Shown here in pieces: positions 54,501 through 62,647 of a stretch of DNA of 64,000 nt; position 1 is the first letter of the stretch, and the number at the start of each line of letters is the position of its first letter. The notes beneath the pieces are model-generated. The model had not been told where the DNA came from. It made no database searches and worked only from the letters and a program-made list of their open reading frames with translations. Origin of the DNA: a virus (lineage: Duplodnaviria > Heunggongvirae > Uroviricota > Caudoviricetes). The stretch lies in IMG/VR virus record IMGVR_UViG_3300037042_007115. One strand, written 5' to 3'. Both the position numbers and the translations under genes were made by a program.

Positions 54501-55419
54501 TATCAAAAGTAATTGGGAACCTAATATCATAGTGTACCCGGAGCCACCTATTATCAAACTTCCCATTCTGAGTGACAATCTTCTTGCCTTTCATCATAAG
54601 TAAGATTTCTTGGAGGCCTTCCTTCATGCCACCTTTAGTCTTGAAGATAAGATTCTCACCAGACATAGGCAGCACCCACTGTCTCTCCTGTGTCAGCTCA
54701 TTATCCGCATATCTGGAGATGCCCAAACAGTTAATATCTGCGCCTTCTTCTCTCGGGTCTAAACAAGTGGTTTCTAAGTCAAAGCCAATTACTGGGCAGT
54801 CTTTGAGGTCATGCAGCATTTCTTTGAACTGCTCTACATTTCTTATGATAGTAAGGTTTAAGCCGGTACTAGGCTTCCAGGTACCATTGATTATTTCAAA
54901 GAACTTTTTCATATCTGATTTAAGCGGGGCTTCTTTCTTTGGATCCCGGAGTGCTGCAGCTGGATGAAATGCAGGTAAGTATGTTATACCCTCTTTTTCA
55001 ATAGGAACCCCATGAATATCCATAATCCCGCTGGCTCCTTTGCCTAAGACGCCTTTTAAGGCTACCGCACCCATAACAATGATGAATTTAGGTTTAACCT
55101 CATCTATTTCTCTTTGAAGATGCACCTTACATGCTTTAATTTCAGCTTGTGTAGGAGATTCATTTTCAGGTGCAGAACAGTGAATTAAATGAGTCAAATA
55201 AAGGGTATCTCTACTTACTCCATTCTCCATCAAAATTCGGTCTAGGAGTCGCCCGGCATTTCCGGGGAAGGGTTTTGTAAGCTCTGATTTATAATTAGTG
55301 GGTGCCTCCCCTATTATCATAACATTACAGGGGGTAGGGCCCTGGCCCATAACGCATACTAACGGGGAACTTGCATACCGGGTGCAAAGTTTGCAACTTG
55401 AATCTCCAAAAACAGGCAT
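51547..55419 (-). CDS. family-A DNA polymerase with N-terminal family-4 UDG-like domain and 3'-5' exonuclease domain, interrupted by two inteins
   Basis: UDG-like region: CKLC Fe-S Cys pair, GEAPT (GE[AG]PG-like motif A), F.GNAGRLL, HPAAALR (HPSxxLR-like motif B). Exonuclease motif I IGFDLETT. PolA pre-motif A TGRL//SCSDPNLQQVP. Motif A CDYSQVELRIAA. Motif B RKKAKA//CNFGFLYG. Motif C IHDAIL (HDA rather than HDE). Confidence 0.9.
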   Translation of the reverse strand: MPVFGDSSCKLCTRYASSPLVCVMGQGPTPCNVMIIGEAPTNYKSELTKPFPGNAGRLLDRILMENGVSRDTLYLTHLIHCSAPENESPTQAEIKACKVHLQREIDEVKPKFIIVMGAVALKGVLGKGASGIMDIHGVPIEKEGITYLPAFHPAAALRDPKKEAPLKSDMKKFFEIINGTWKPSTGLNLTIIRNVEQFKEMLHDLKDCPVIGFDLETTCLDPREEGADINCLGISRYADNELTQERQWVLPMSGENLIFKTKGGMKEGLQEILLMMKGKKIVTQNGKFDNRWLRVHYDIRFPITFDTMMAAHILNENEPCGLKYLAKVHLNAPAYDISSEDKRGQGPDLEKMYEYCGYDVLYTLRLYKMQRGQLMKNADLLKLFKFLIMPAFEAFEDIECHGVFVHKERLAALEIVLKAELAEVHDKLEAMAPGVNWNSPKQVGKILFEDWKLVPLELTKSGAPSTAEGILQRLKGQHEGIDLLLKHRELAKQVSSFIEGWKKFLGPHERLHPNFKLHGTVTGRLCLREGTEVMIPGGTRPIQDIKTGDLVYSFDDELKLTLKKVKSSGLTGSKPCYRVHWVGQGGHTEGFLDATGNHPIRLTSGSYIKVEDLAGGKYIKWRKRYHHGEHVMALHRSRGDYNYLHFTGETVSKTKEARVVYGRTRTLAKLPDNAKPKPQNHMITYVEKLPGIFPVYDIEVEDTHNFIANELCVHNSCSDPNLQQVPRDKKIRTLIGAPPGWRLLECDYSQVELRIAAMVSGDPTMIGIFNDPKGDIHRKTASLITGKPPELITKDERKKAKACFSGDTEILTKAGWVRFDKYNGTDEVAQYFQETQEISFTKPIAFQSQNNRELYSFIDRNNDLLVTADHEILYFNRNTERVEKRRADSVPQNTYLFSAGLLKRTEYKLTETETRILAMIAADGSFKDHTRLRFGFKKQHKIDRCKQLLDAYGVSYTRRTRADGATIFEMNSPKIMGMIKPYLDDNKNLSWSCLTDIPAIVYLDEAAYWDSWSSEKFAQKYTKFTTHVRQSADIMQAMACTSGTRAVLYVMPPRDKKRTEGYKITYRPGGRLDSRTHLSFQKIPGSHMAYCVQVQAENIVIRRDNKVGIQGNCNFGFLYGMREKKFQEYARDKYETDLTIEEATAFRQRFFETYSELPKWHQRQKVMVRQYGQVKCLDGRIRHLPEIMSPDEGVRAQAERNSINAPVQGFASDMTMMAVVALSTTYGKDVLNIVGTIHDAILMEIRDDIADKLLPEIKKLIECPPLLAKLGVNLTVPIVTDTHFGDWGSE
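52084..53013 (-). mobile_element. intein 2 (310 aa) with LAGLIDADG-type homing-endonuclease domain, inserted in PolA motif B
   Basis: Residues 803-1112: N-terminal CFSGDTEILTKAG (block A), ILAMIAADGSF (LAGLIDADG), C-terminal ...VGIQGN, with +1 Cys. Removing it restores RKKAKACNFGFLYG. Codon-level check: the Cys-1 codon TGC lies at 53011..53013 on the - strand. Confidence 0.7.
53275..53844 (-). mobile_element. mini-intein 1 (190 aa) inserted within the PolA TGRL|SS motif
   Basis: Residues 526-715: N-terminal CLREGTEVMIPGG (block A), GFLDATGNHPI (block B, T..H), C-terminal VYDIEVEDTHNFIANELCVHN, with +1 Ser. No endonuclease domain. Removing it restores TGRLSCSDPNLQQVP. Confidence 0.75.
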
Positions 55420-55547
55420 AAATTATCCTATTAATGTTCGGATTACGGGATAATAAAGGTCACTAAATTTTTAGTGAGAGAAGGAGTAGGACAGTATATG
55501 GGAGTAAAAATCTATGGGGGTAGTCATGACTATCCCCATCTGTTGCT

Positions 55548-55832
55548 TTATTCAGGCTCTTCACCAGAGGTATCAACTATTTTGACAACCAAGCAAGAAC
55601 TATTAGCTTTAACTACTTCTACGGAAATACATAATTTATTTCCTCTGAAGCATACATTTCCTTCCTCAATATGGGCAGTATGTGCCCCGAAATAGGCCAG
55701 TATCACCCCGATATCTTCATACTCTTTAGAGTGGTGAGTTTCACCATCCATATCAACCGGAGTAATAAAGGCTTTCCCATTTAATCGGCTGATTAAAACT
55801 TCTTTCATTGTTCTTGGCCAAGTTTTTAACAT
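55548..55832 (-). CDS. hypothetical protein
   Basis: 94-aa ORF. Confidence 0.35.
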   Translation of the reverse strand: MLKTWPRTMKEVLISRLNGKAFITPVDMDGETHHSKEYEDIGVILAYFGAHTAHIEEGNVCFRGNKLCISVEVVKANSSCLVVKIVDTSGEEPE

Positions 55833-55841
55833 TTTAATTCC

Positions 55842-56102
55842 TCATCTGTAACTATTCATCATAGTTTCAATTAGTAAACAGCCTTTTTTGTTTAATATAA
55901 TATGTTGATGGATGACTGCAACTAATCCAATTTCCAGAAGATCTGTTACTAGTGAGGGTAATACCCCCGTACAGTCATCACCCAGATACAAGTCTTCTCT
56001 AAGTTCTTTGTAGGTACAGGTACCCGAATAAAAAAGAAGAAGTAGTACCTCTATAGCACATGTTTTGTTTACTAAGTATTGAGAAGTTTCATAGTTGTCC
56101 AT
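55842..56102 (-). CDS. possible winged-helix small protein
   Basis: 86-aa ORF. Confidence 0.3.
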   Translation of the reverse strand: MDNYETSQYLVNKTCAIEVLLLLFYSGTCTYKELREDLYLGDDCTGVLPSLVTDLLEIGLVAVIHQHIILNKKGCLLIETMMNSYR

Positions 56103-56118
56103 AGTTAAGTACCTATAT

Positions 56119-56391
56119 TTAGTCTCCTACTGCCTCTATTACTAAATTTCCGTCTAGTTTTCCTTTCGGAAATATAGTATTTGATTCATAGAAAAAGATT
56201 TTATCTCCATCTACAATCTGTAGCACGGGAGCTTCTACAGCAAAACAGCCCTCTACTCGAAGATCAGTGATAGCTGCCGGTTCTTCCATGTTAGCCTCTG
56301 TGAAGGCCATTTCAGCACCACCTAAGAAGCTCTTCAGTTCATCACACCTTGGGCAGCAGGGCAAGGAATAAACAGTAATTTTTCTTATCAT
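56119..56391 (-). CDS. glutaredoxin/NrdH-like thioredoxin-fold protein
   Basis: ITVYSLPCCPRCDELKSFL carries a CPxC redox motif in thioredoxin-fold context. Confidence 0.5.
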   Translation of the reverse strand: MIRKITVYSLPCCPRCDELKSFLGGAEMAFTEANMEEPAAITDLRVEGCFAVEAPVLQIVDGDKIFFYESNTIFPKGKLDGNLVIEAVGD

Positions 56392-57575
56392 GATCCACCT
56401 GAACCGTTGATTTCTCCACTAGGGATTAAAAATCCCCCCGTTTGGATAGTGGGGTAGGGGTCAAGCAGGAGTTTCCACTTATCAGTCTTATACCCTAAGG
56501 TACTGGCGATAAGTGTCCCGGGAAAATAAGCTGTAGCTCCCATATATTCACGAACAGCTAAATTATACTCTGCCCGTATATAGGGGTTTTCAGGATCTTG
56601 GGCAAGCTGACTTGCTACCTTAAGTACTTCCGCATCTTTAGCATAGATAGTATCATAGGTATAGATGAAACTCATACCTATAACAAGCAGTAGTGCTGCA
56701 ATTATTACCATTGCTAAATATGATCGGTTACTAGCACTAATGTTTACCATGATCCTACCCATACCGGGGAATTCACAGTTTTCAATTTCAGAGGCAGCAT
56801 CAGACAGATCTTGGGCTAGTTGCTCAAGCTCATCAGCAAAGCTATTGAGGTCTTTCCCATCATATTCCGGGAATGAGAGGTTATCCAGGGTGCTCACGGC
56901 ATTCTCAAGTGTGTCTGCTGTCTCACTTACCGTCTGCATTTTGTCGGTGTTCTCAAGGTTGGTGCCCTGAACATTGTCACTCCAGCTTCTCATCTCATCC
57001 GCAAGGTCCTGGACCTCACTGGTAGAGAAGGCTTCATCGAAGAGTGTGCTGATTCGTGAGATTTCCTCATCAATATCCTCAGCAAGTTGTTCAAAGTCTG
57101 CTCCGTCCTCTTCATCTTGAGAGTCAGCTTCCGGCTCAGTTGCTGGCACAGTTTCAGGTTTTACTTCTGGTTCTGGTTCCTCTTCTGTTTCTTCATCTTC
57201 AAGTTGCTTTGCAAGTTCTCGAAGCGTAGAAACTGCTCCATCTAGTTCTTCCCCAAGCATTGTGAGGGCGCCTGCTGCATCTGCTGCGCGTGAAGCACGG
57301 CTGTGGCTTTTCTTTTTCCGTCGCTTCCTCTTCTTTTTCTCCTCAGATACTGGAGCTTCTTGGGTTATTAGTTCCGGGGTAGCTTCTGGCCTCGGGGGTT
57401 TGACATATCCTAAAGCATCTAGCTTATCCCGTACTGTGTTTAGTTCATCCAAGATTGCCTCTTCATTTTCCTGCATCTGGGGCGTTCCGGCATTCTGGTT
57501 CACATTAAGTTTAAAGGCGGCGACTAGTTCGGCCTCTAACTTTAAGAGTTCTTCAATTGTGTTTGGTAGTTCCAT
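56388..57575 (-). CDS. acidic coiled-coil protein with polybasic patch and one TM helix
   Basis: 395 aa. EEKKKRKRRKKKSHSR patch, long Asp/Glu-rich region, TM helix YLAMVIIAALLLVIGMSFIY. Confidence 0.45.
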   Translation of the reverse strand: MELPNTIEELLKLEAELVAAFKLNVNQNAGTPQMQENEEAILDELNTVRDKLDALGYVKPPRPEATPELITQEAPVSEEKKKRKRRKKKSHSRASRAADAAGALTMLGEELDGAVSTLRELAKQLEDEETEEEPEPEVKPETVPATEPEADSQDEEDGADFEQLAEDIDEEISRISTLFDEAFSTSEVQDLADEMRSWSDNVQGTNLENTDKMQTVSETADTLENAVSTLDNLSFPEYDGKDLNSFADELEQLAQDLSDAASEIENCEFPGMGRIMVNISASNRSYLAMVIIAALLLVIGMSFIYTYDTIYAKDAEVLKVASQLAQDPENPYIRAEYNLAVREYMGATAYFPGTLIASTLGYKTDKWKLLLDPYPTIQTGGFLIPSGEINGSGGS

Positions 57576-57658
57576 AATTATTCCTCAAATTTGAATTCAA
57601 TACCTAGTTCCCTTTCTTAAACTCTTTCAAGATGATGTTTCTCATCGGGGTTTCTAGG

Positions 57659-57880
57659 TCATTTCTTAGTCTCTTGCACCTCATAGGTCGCAATTGTATC
57701 CGGATCTTCAATCAGAAAGTAAACCATATCATTTTCAGCCTTGAGTCCAGCAACATCCATGGCTTTTACTTCCTCGAGTGTTTTGCAGTTTTCATATGCT
57801 TCCCCGAGATCATCCAGATCCACTTCATAGGGCTTACCCAGGAGTGTTACTTTAGCCTGAAGCATTACCTTGTGGGTCAT
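57659..57880 (-). CDS. hypothetical small protein
   Basis: 73-aa ORF. Confidence 0.3.
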   Translation of the reverse strand: MTHKVMLQAKVTLLGKPYEVDLDDLGEAYENCKTLEEVKAMDVAGLKAENDMVYFLIEDPDTIATYEVQETKK

Positions 57881-58102
57881 CTATTACTCCTAAGATGCTG
57901 GACATATTCATTGAATGGCTCACAAGGACCGGGCTCGGGTCCAAGACTTGCAGGATTGCGGCTTTTAGCCAAAATATTCCGGCTTCCCCGGCAAAGGGTA
58001 GGTGTTTTACATTCTAAACAGGGGTGCTCCATAATGTTCCTCGTTATACTTTAATATGGAGGACGATTCTATTTAAGTATTCCTGATCCTGAGAAAAGAT
58101 AG

Positions 58103-58327
58103 TTATGGCCAGAGCCGGGGTTCTGAAATAGGTATTAAGCCGAAGGTTTTACTGGGAGTTTTAGAGTCTGGCTTGTTGATTTCTAGGAGTTTTATTCCTA
58201 TGACCCTGAGTACACAACCACCGGGGATATTTACCCATACTGTATATTCACCTTTGTCATTTCTGGTACTGATTTCAACCTGTACAGCTTCTGCTGTTAT
58301 ATCTCTTAGGAGTCCTTTGTCTGCCAT
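58103..58327 (-). CDS. hypothetical small protein
   Basis: 74-aa ORF. Confidence 0.3.
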   Translation of the reverse strand: MADKGLLRDITAEAVQVEISTRNDKGEYTVWVNIPGGCVLRVIGIKLLEINKPDSKTPSKTFGLIPISEPRLWP

Positions 58328-58328
58328 A

Positions 58329-58790
58329 CTACTCCACCGCTATCAGGGCTAATTCTTTAAGCATAAGAATATGCTCTTCATATGTTTTAATTACCCAGTG
58401 AGATTCAGAGATCTTTTCTTCAAGGTCTTTTTTGCCTGTTATTTTGAGCTGCAGTTGACCTAGAGTAACTAGCAGATTCCTAGTAGGAACAACAAGTTTA
58501 ACTTTATTCCCATCACCCGGGAGGAGGCGGGAACCATACTCTACCGGGTAGTTTTCCCAGATATGAAGATTCTTTACAACCTCGGGGAAAGCCCGGGTAG
58601 ACTCAAACATAATAGAGTCTTGGTGGGGCATAGCCAGTACAAGCTGCCAACTACCCTTTTTCCAGAACTTTGACTCAATGATATTTTGTAACTTGCGTCT
58701 TTTAAGCGCCTCTTCCCGCTTTTCCAACTCCAGTGCACACTGGTGTACAAGTTTTTCAATTTCTTCTTGGGTTTTATTTTTAAGTTCCAT
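58329..58790 (-). CDS. hypothetical protein
   Basis: 153-aa ORF. Confidence 0.4.
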   Translation of the reverse strand: MELKNKTQEEIEKLVHQCALELEKREEALKRRKLQNIIESKFWKKGSWQLVLAMPHQDSIMFESTRAFPEVVKNLHIWENYPVEYGSRLLPGDGNKVKLVVPTRNLLVTLGQLQLKITGKKDLEEKISESHWVIKTYEEHILMLKELALIAVE

Positions 58791-58816
58791 GATTTGCTCC
58801 TCTTGTTGCTAGTAAG

Positions 58817-59101
58817 TTACCAGTCCGTAAATGTGCCTTGAAAGCGTTTCACATCATATTCAAGTGCCAACTCGACCCAATCTTTTTCTGGTACCTCAAT
58901 GAGTACCAGCTCAACTGGGCTTCCAGGCTTAAGATTCCACCAGATATATAATTCTCCAGCATAGAAATGATAATACCTGTGGATGTTTCCAAAGCAGTCA
59001 TGCACCGATAGGCGGTCATCCCTCACCTGGTGTGTCTTCTTCCCCACGTATCCAGTTTCGGGGATTTCGAATCCAGGTATTTCTAGCATCCCTTTTACCA
59101 T
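58817..59101 (-). CDS. hypothetical protein
   Basis: 94-aa ORF. Confidence 0.35.
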   Translation of the reverse strand: MVKGMLEIPGFEIPETGYVGKKTHQVRDDRLSVHDCFGNIHRYYHFYAGELYIWWNLKPGSPVELVLIEVPEKDWVELALEYDVKRFQGTFTDW

Positions 59102-59103
59102 TT

Positions 59104-59742
59104 TTAATCATCTCCTTTTTTGATTTCAATAACGGGTCCCGTCTCAATCACCGGTACATACCCCCGTTCTCTAACCTTAGCTAGGAATTTTTCATCAGAA
59201 GCTTGGGCGGCAGTTAATACCTGCTGGATTTCTTGTACCATAAATGCATAGACAATACGTTCTGGGTGGTCAATATCAAACTCATTTGCATTTGGATGGG
59301 CTAAGAATACCCAAGATCCCGGAGCAATTCCCTTAGGCACAGATGGAATACGTTTTGATACTCCTGTTTGTATAGCTTCCCTGATGAAGTCTTTGGGTGT
59401 TGGATAGAACCTTTCTCCTATCCACATTAAACCCGCTGAATTAGGCGGGTAACATACTGGACAACTTGTATCACACTCACAGGTTTGTTCTGGAAGAACC
59501 GGAATATCCGCTTCCTCGGCTTCTTCAGCAAGGTGGATTCCAAACATCTTCATTGGGTCAAAGATACGGACACTTCTAAGAGACCGTATTGTTTCCCCAC
59601 AGCAAGGACAGACTGGTATTTTCATAGGGAGCCTGTCGCACTTAGTAGATACCCCCATACCGAAAAGGTACAGTCCTGGGTATCTAAATCCGCATCCCCT
59701 CTTGACTCGGGGAATTTCTTTTACTTCGGCTTCAGTATTCAT
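59104..59742 (-). CDS. zinc-finger protein
   Basis: 212 aa with CPCCGE and CECDTSCPVC. Confidence 0.4.
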   Translation of the reverse strand: MNTEAEVKEIPRVKRGCGFRYPGLYLFGMGVSTKCDRLPMKIPVCPCCGETIRSLRSVRIFDPMKMFGIHLAEEAEEADIPVLPEQTCECDTSCPVCYPPNSAGLMWIGERFYPTPKDFIREAIQTGVSKRIPSVPKGIAPGSWVFLAHPNANEFDIDHPERIVYAFMVQEIQQVLTAAQASDEKFLAKVRERGYVPVIETGPVIEIKKGDD

Positions 59743-60074
59743 TCATGCCTCCATGATTACATCATAATGGCATGCAGGACCATATTAAGGTTACTCTAAA
59801 AAGGCTAGAGATCTAGCAAAAACCGAGAAAATTAAGCGTATTTGGATAGTGGGGTAAGGGTCAACGTACCCAAGCTTCTAAAGTTCTTTGATCAAAAGGG
59901 CGGATCTGCAGTTTGCAGGCTGAGGGTTTCTTCTTTTTCTGTTCACCTAAAAATTTAGGGGTAATTTCTATGAGTTTAGGTTTAGCGTCTGTCATAAAAT
60001 CATCACCAAAGGATAAAATTATATGGGGAGTTTAAATACTTAAAGGTTTTTGGCCCCCGGGGCCGGCCGGAGAG

Positions 60075-60509
60075 TTATTCCGGTAAAGGTGCCTTTTTAG
60101 TTCTTTTAATAAATTCTACAAGTTTAGGATGAAGTTTTCTAAGGACTACTAAAAACTGTGCGTCAGACTTATAGTAATGTACAGGTTTATAGGAGAGCGT
60201 AGTGTACTCGGGTCTCATCTTAAAATACTCCAGGGCCCCCATAGGTAGTCCTTTCTGGGTCGGAGGTATATAGTCCCAAATAAGGGTAGCATATTCCCCG
60301 GAGCTTCCTGGAGTGGGCTCAGCAAAGAACCTGATCTCATAGACGCTGCGACCAAACTCAGCATAAAAATCTCTTGATGGGTAGAAGCCTAAGAGGTCGC
60401 CCTCCAAGTGTGTCTGTCGAGAGTCTAGGAATTTTTGGAACCTATCCCAGATAACTTGAGATTTATGGTTTAGGTTCAAAAATAGTAAATTATTGTCTAT
60501 TTCGAGCAT
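60075..60509 (-). CDS. hypothetical protein
   Basis: 144-aa ORF. Confidence 0.4.
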   Translation of the reverse strand: MLEIDNNLLFLNLNHKSQVIWDRFQKFLDSRQTHLEGDLLGFYPSRDFYAEFGRSVYEIRFFAEPTPGSSGEYATLIWDYIPPTQKGLPMGALEYFKMRPEYTTLSYKPVHYYKSDAQFLVVLRKLHPKLVEFIKRTKKAPLPE

Positions 60510-61066
60510 GAGATAATACGATTCGGTGTGTAAAGATATACTTTGATACCCGCTTCTATTAGTAACTCTATGCCATCAGTTTTTCGGTACTTTTCCAAGA
60601 AGTATACTGACGAGATACCAGAATTAATTAGTAATTTTGCACAATCGAGGCATGGGGATAGACTACACCACAACTCTGCTCCTTCTACAGAGATACCATG
60701 TCGGGATGAAAAAGCTATTGCATTGCTTTCTGCATGTATTGTTCTGATACATCCACCATTTTCTCCAATTTTACACCCCACATCTATGCAGTGAGGTAAT
60801 CCACTAGGAGATCCACCATAGCCCATAGAGATGATTCGATTTTCTCTTACTATTAAAGCAGAGACTTGGGCTCTTGTGCAAGTAGACCTCTTTTTTACTA
60901 CTTCAAGGATCCCTACAAACATTTCTGCTCGAGATAGGCGAGTTTTTCTTGTAAGGTCAGTTTCAGGTTCATTATTGTGGTTGCATGGGGTTGTTATAGA
61001 GCATGAGCAAAGGTCCCGTTTAAACACTGGTGGATGACGGGCTGCTGCTTTTTTAGCCATAACCAT
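60497..61066 (-). CDS. dCMP deaminase (cytidine/deoxycytidylate deaminase family)
   Basis: HAESNAI (zinc-binding H/CAE) and SPCLDCAKLL (PCxxC). Confidence 0.7.
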   Translation of the reverse strand: MVMAKKAAARHPPVFKRDLCSCSITTPCNHNNEPETDLTRKTRLSRAEMFVGILEVVKKRSTCTRAQVSALIVRENRIISMGYGGSPSGLPHCIDVGCKIGENGGCIRTIHAESNAIAFSSRHGISVEGAELWCSLSPCLDCAKLLINSGISSVYFLEKYRKTDGIELLIEAGIKVYLYTPNRIISCSK

Positions 61067-61545
61067 TATTCATCATCCTCTGGGTCTACCCCTTCATTTT
61101 CAAAATCTTCTGCCTCTGTTTCGGGTTCTGATAATTTTCCTGGACTTGTAGTGGGCCGAGGAGCAGCCGCTTCAGCTTGAGCTTTTTTAGCCTTTCGTAC
61201 CAATCTCCTTTCCTTCCTGCGGCGTTTCTTCTCTTGTTCCTTGTCTTCATCTAATTCTTGTGTTTCTGCTACAGCTTTTGGAATTGGCTCACTTAATACT
61301 TGTGGTACTGCGGGAGTTACTGGAGCAGGTATAGATATATTTGCTTCTTCTGGAATTTCTTCACCTTCATCTGGTTTTACATTAAGAGGTAGTGTTCCTG
61401 TTACATGGGGCTTTCCAGACCGAGTTTGTTTAATTCGGGCTAGGGCAGTATCCCAACTGCCCACTACCGTATGGCTACTTCTGGGGAATGGATAATGGAG
61501 GGAAATATTTTCTGTCTGCTGGAAGACCTCTTGGGGTTGTTCCAT
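61066..61545 (-). CDS. low-complexity acidic/basic protein
   Basis: 159 aa with KKRRRKERRLVRKAKKAQAE patch and acidic termini. Confidence 0.35.
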   Translation of the reverse strand: MEQPQEVFQQTENISLHYPFPRSSHTVVGSWDTALARIKQTRSGKPHVTGTLPLNVKPDEGEEIPEEANISIPAPVTPAVPQVLSEPIPKAVAETQELDEDKEQEKKRRRKERRLVRKAKKAQAEAAAPRPTTSPGKLSEPETEAEDFENEGVDPEDDE

Positions 61546-62228
61546 TAGAATACACCTTTCCCATCCTTCTTGAAAAGGTGCAGACTCATTACGAAATGAG
61601 TAAAGCGGCCAACTCTATAACCTGTCTTTTCTGCGATGTATCTTTGCATCATCACCGCCAGATAAACATCATTGTTGTAGTGGGTTGCAAAGTCACAAGA
61701 CCTTTGAATATAGGTCAAGTGAAGTAGTCCGCTACGAATCTGGATTTGATAGCCAATGGTACAGGGTATACGAGACACTCCGCCCATATACTGAATGTCA
61801 CTGGGTTGATACACTGCTAAAAAGAGCTGCCTGGAGTCTGGATCTACTTTAATTCTTTTGATGATACGTTCAATCTGGTCATACTGTGCAAATCTTTCCG
61901 GGTAGTTATAACCAAACTTCCCATCAGCACATCTAAATTCAGTCCAGACTTCCTTCCTGAGTTCCCAGGCCTCTCCGGGGTTTACCGGGGGTCTAGTAAT
62001 TCTTTCCCTGAATTCCGCATCGGCCCAAGGCTGTGTCGGAGTGAGATCCTCTGTACGCGGGTTTATAACCGTATAGGTATAATTCTGGATCTCAAGAGTG
62101 TCAAACGCCGGGTCATGCTCGACTATTTTGTCCTGATAAGATTTGGGGTGGATTTTTATCCCCATCTCAACCAGGTCTCTTTTGATTTCGCCAAGTGCTT
62201 CCTTTTTGAAATCAACATAAATTCGCAT
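61545..62228 (-). CDS. thymidylate-synthase-family (ThyA fold) pyrimidine-dNMP C5-methylase or hydroxymethylase
   Basis: IPCTIGYQIQIRSGLLHLTYIQRSCDF aligns residue-for-residue with ThyA [26 protein letters not shown] (catalytic Cys, RSxD phosphate-binding). Downstream HYNNDVYLAVMMQRY aligns with ThyA PFNIASYALLVHMM. No ThyX RHRxxS motif. Confidence 0.65.
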   Translation of the reverse strand: MRIYVDFKKEALGEIKRDLVEMGIKIHPKSYQDKIVEHDPAFDTLEIQNYTYTVINPRTEDLTPTQPWADAEFRERITRPPVNPGEAWELRKEVWTEFRCADGKFGYNYPERFAQYDQIERIIKRIKVDPDSRQLFLAVYQPSDIQYMGGVSRIPCTIGYQIQIRSGLLHLTYIQRSCDFATHYNNDVYLAVMMQRYIAEKTGYRVGRFTHFVMSLHLFKKDGKGVF

Positions 62229-62232
62229 TAAA

Positions 62233-62640
62233 TTACTCCCCCTTGGGGATTATGGGTTTTTTCTTTTTATTCATTACACCCCGGCTTAGATTTTCTACTG
62301 ATAAAATATGTCTTATCATTTGATCCGGGTCACTTTTTGATACAGATCGGAATGTATTAGAAGTATCATCTTCTTTAATTTTAGAATAGGAAATAATTAC
62401 TTGGTCTCCTACCATAAACATACTTATAATTCCAGAAGAAGCAAAAAATCTTTTTCCATTCTCTAGATAGACTAGGCCACCCTTGGTATCAACTAGGTAT
62501 TTTTCTATTACTACGCCTATAGTAATTCCATATTTCTTTTTGGTGCTTGGTCGGAGGATGTAAAATAAGCACGTTCCAGCTAATATAGATCCACATATTA
62601 GAAAGGCGAGTGCTACCGGGCTAATTAACAGTTCTTGCAT
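62233..62640 (-). CDS. membrane-anchored hypothetical protein
   Basis: 135 aa with an N-terminal TM helix. Confidence 0.4.
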   Translation of the reverse strand: MQELLISPVALAFLICGSILAGTCLFYILRPSTKKKYGITIGVVIEKYLVDTKGGLVYLENGKRFFASSGIISMFMVGDQVIISYSKIKEDDTSNTFRSVSKSDPDQMIRHILSVENLSRGVMNKKKKPIIPKGE

Positions 62641-62647
62641 ACTTACC

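Noticed and set aside
51871-54967. Antisense ORFs inside the polymerase gene (51871..52188, 52946..53179, 53699..53992, 54572..54967 on +)
   Set aside because: These are shadow ORFs opposite a strongly supported 1290-aa coding sequence. Their translations are low-complexity and Ser/Leu-rich.
61545-62228. ThyX (flavin-dependent thymidylate synthase) assignment for the thymidylate-synthase-like gene
   Set aside because: There is no RHRxxSxxxxSxR ThyX motif. Instead there is a residue-by-residue match to the ThyA PCH...QRSCD core.
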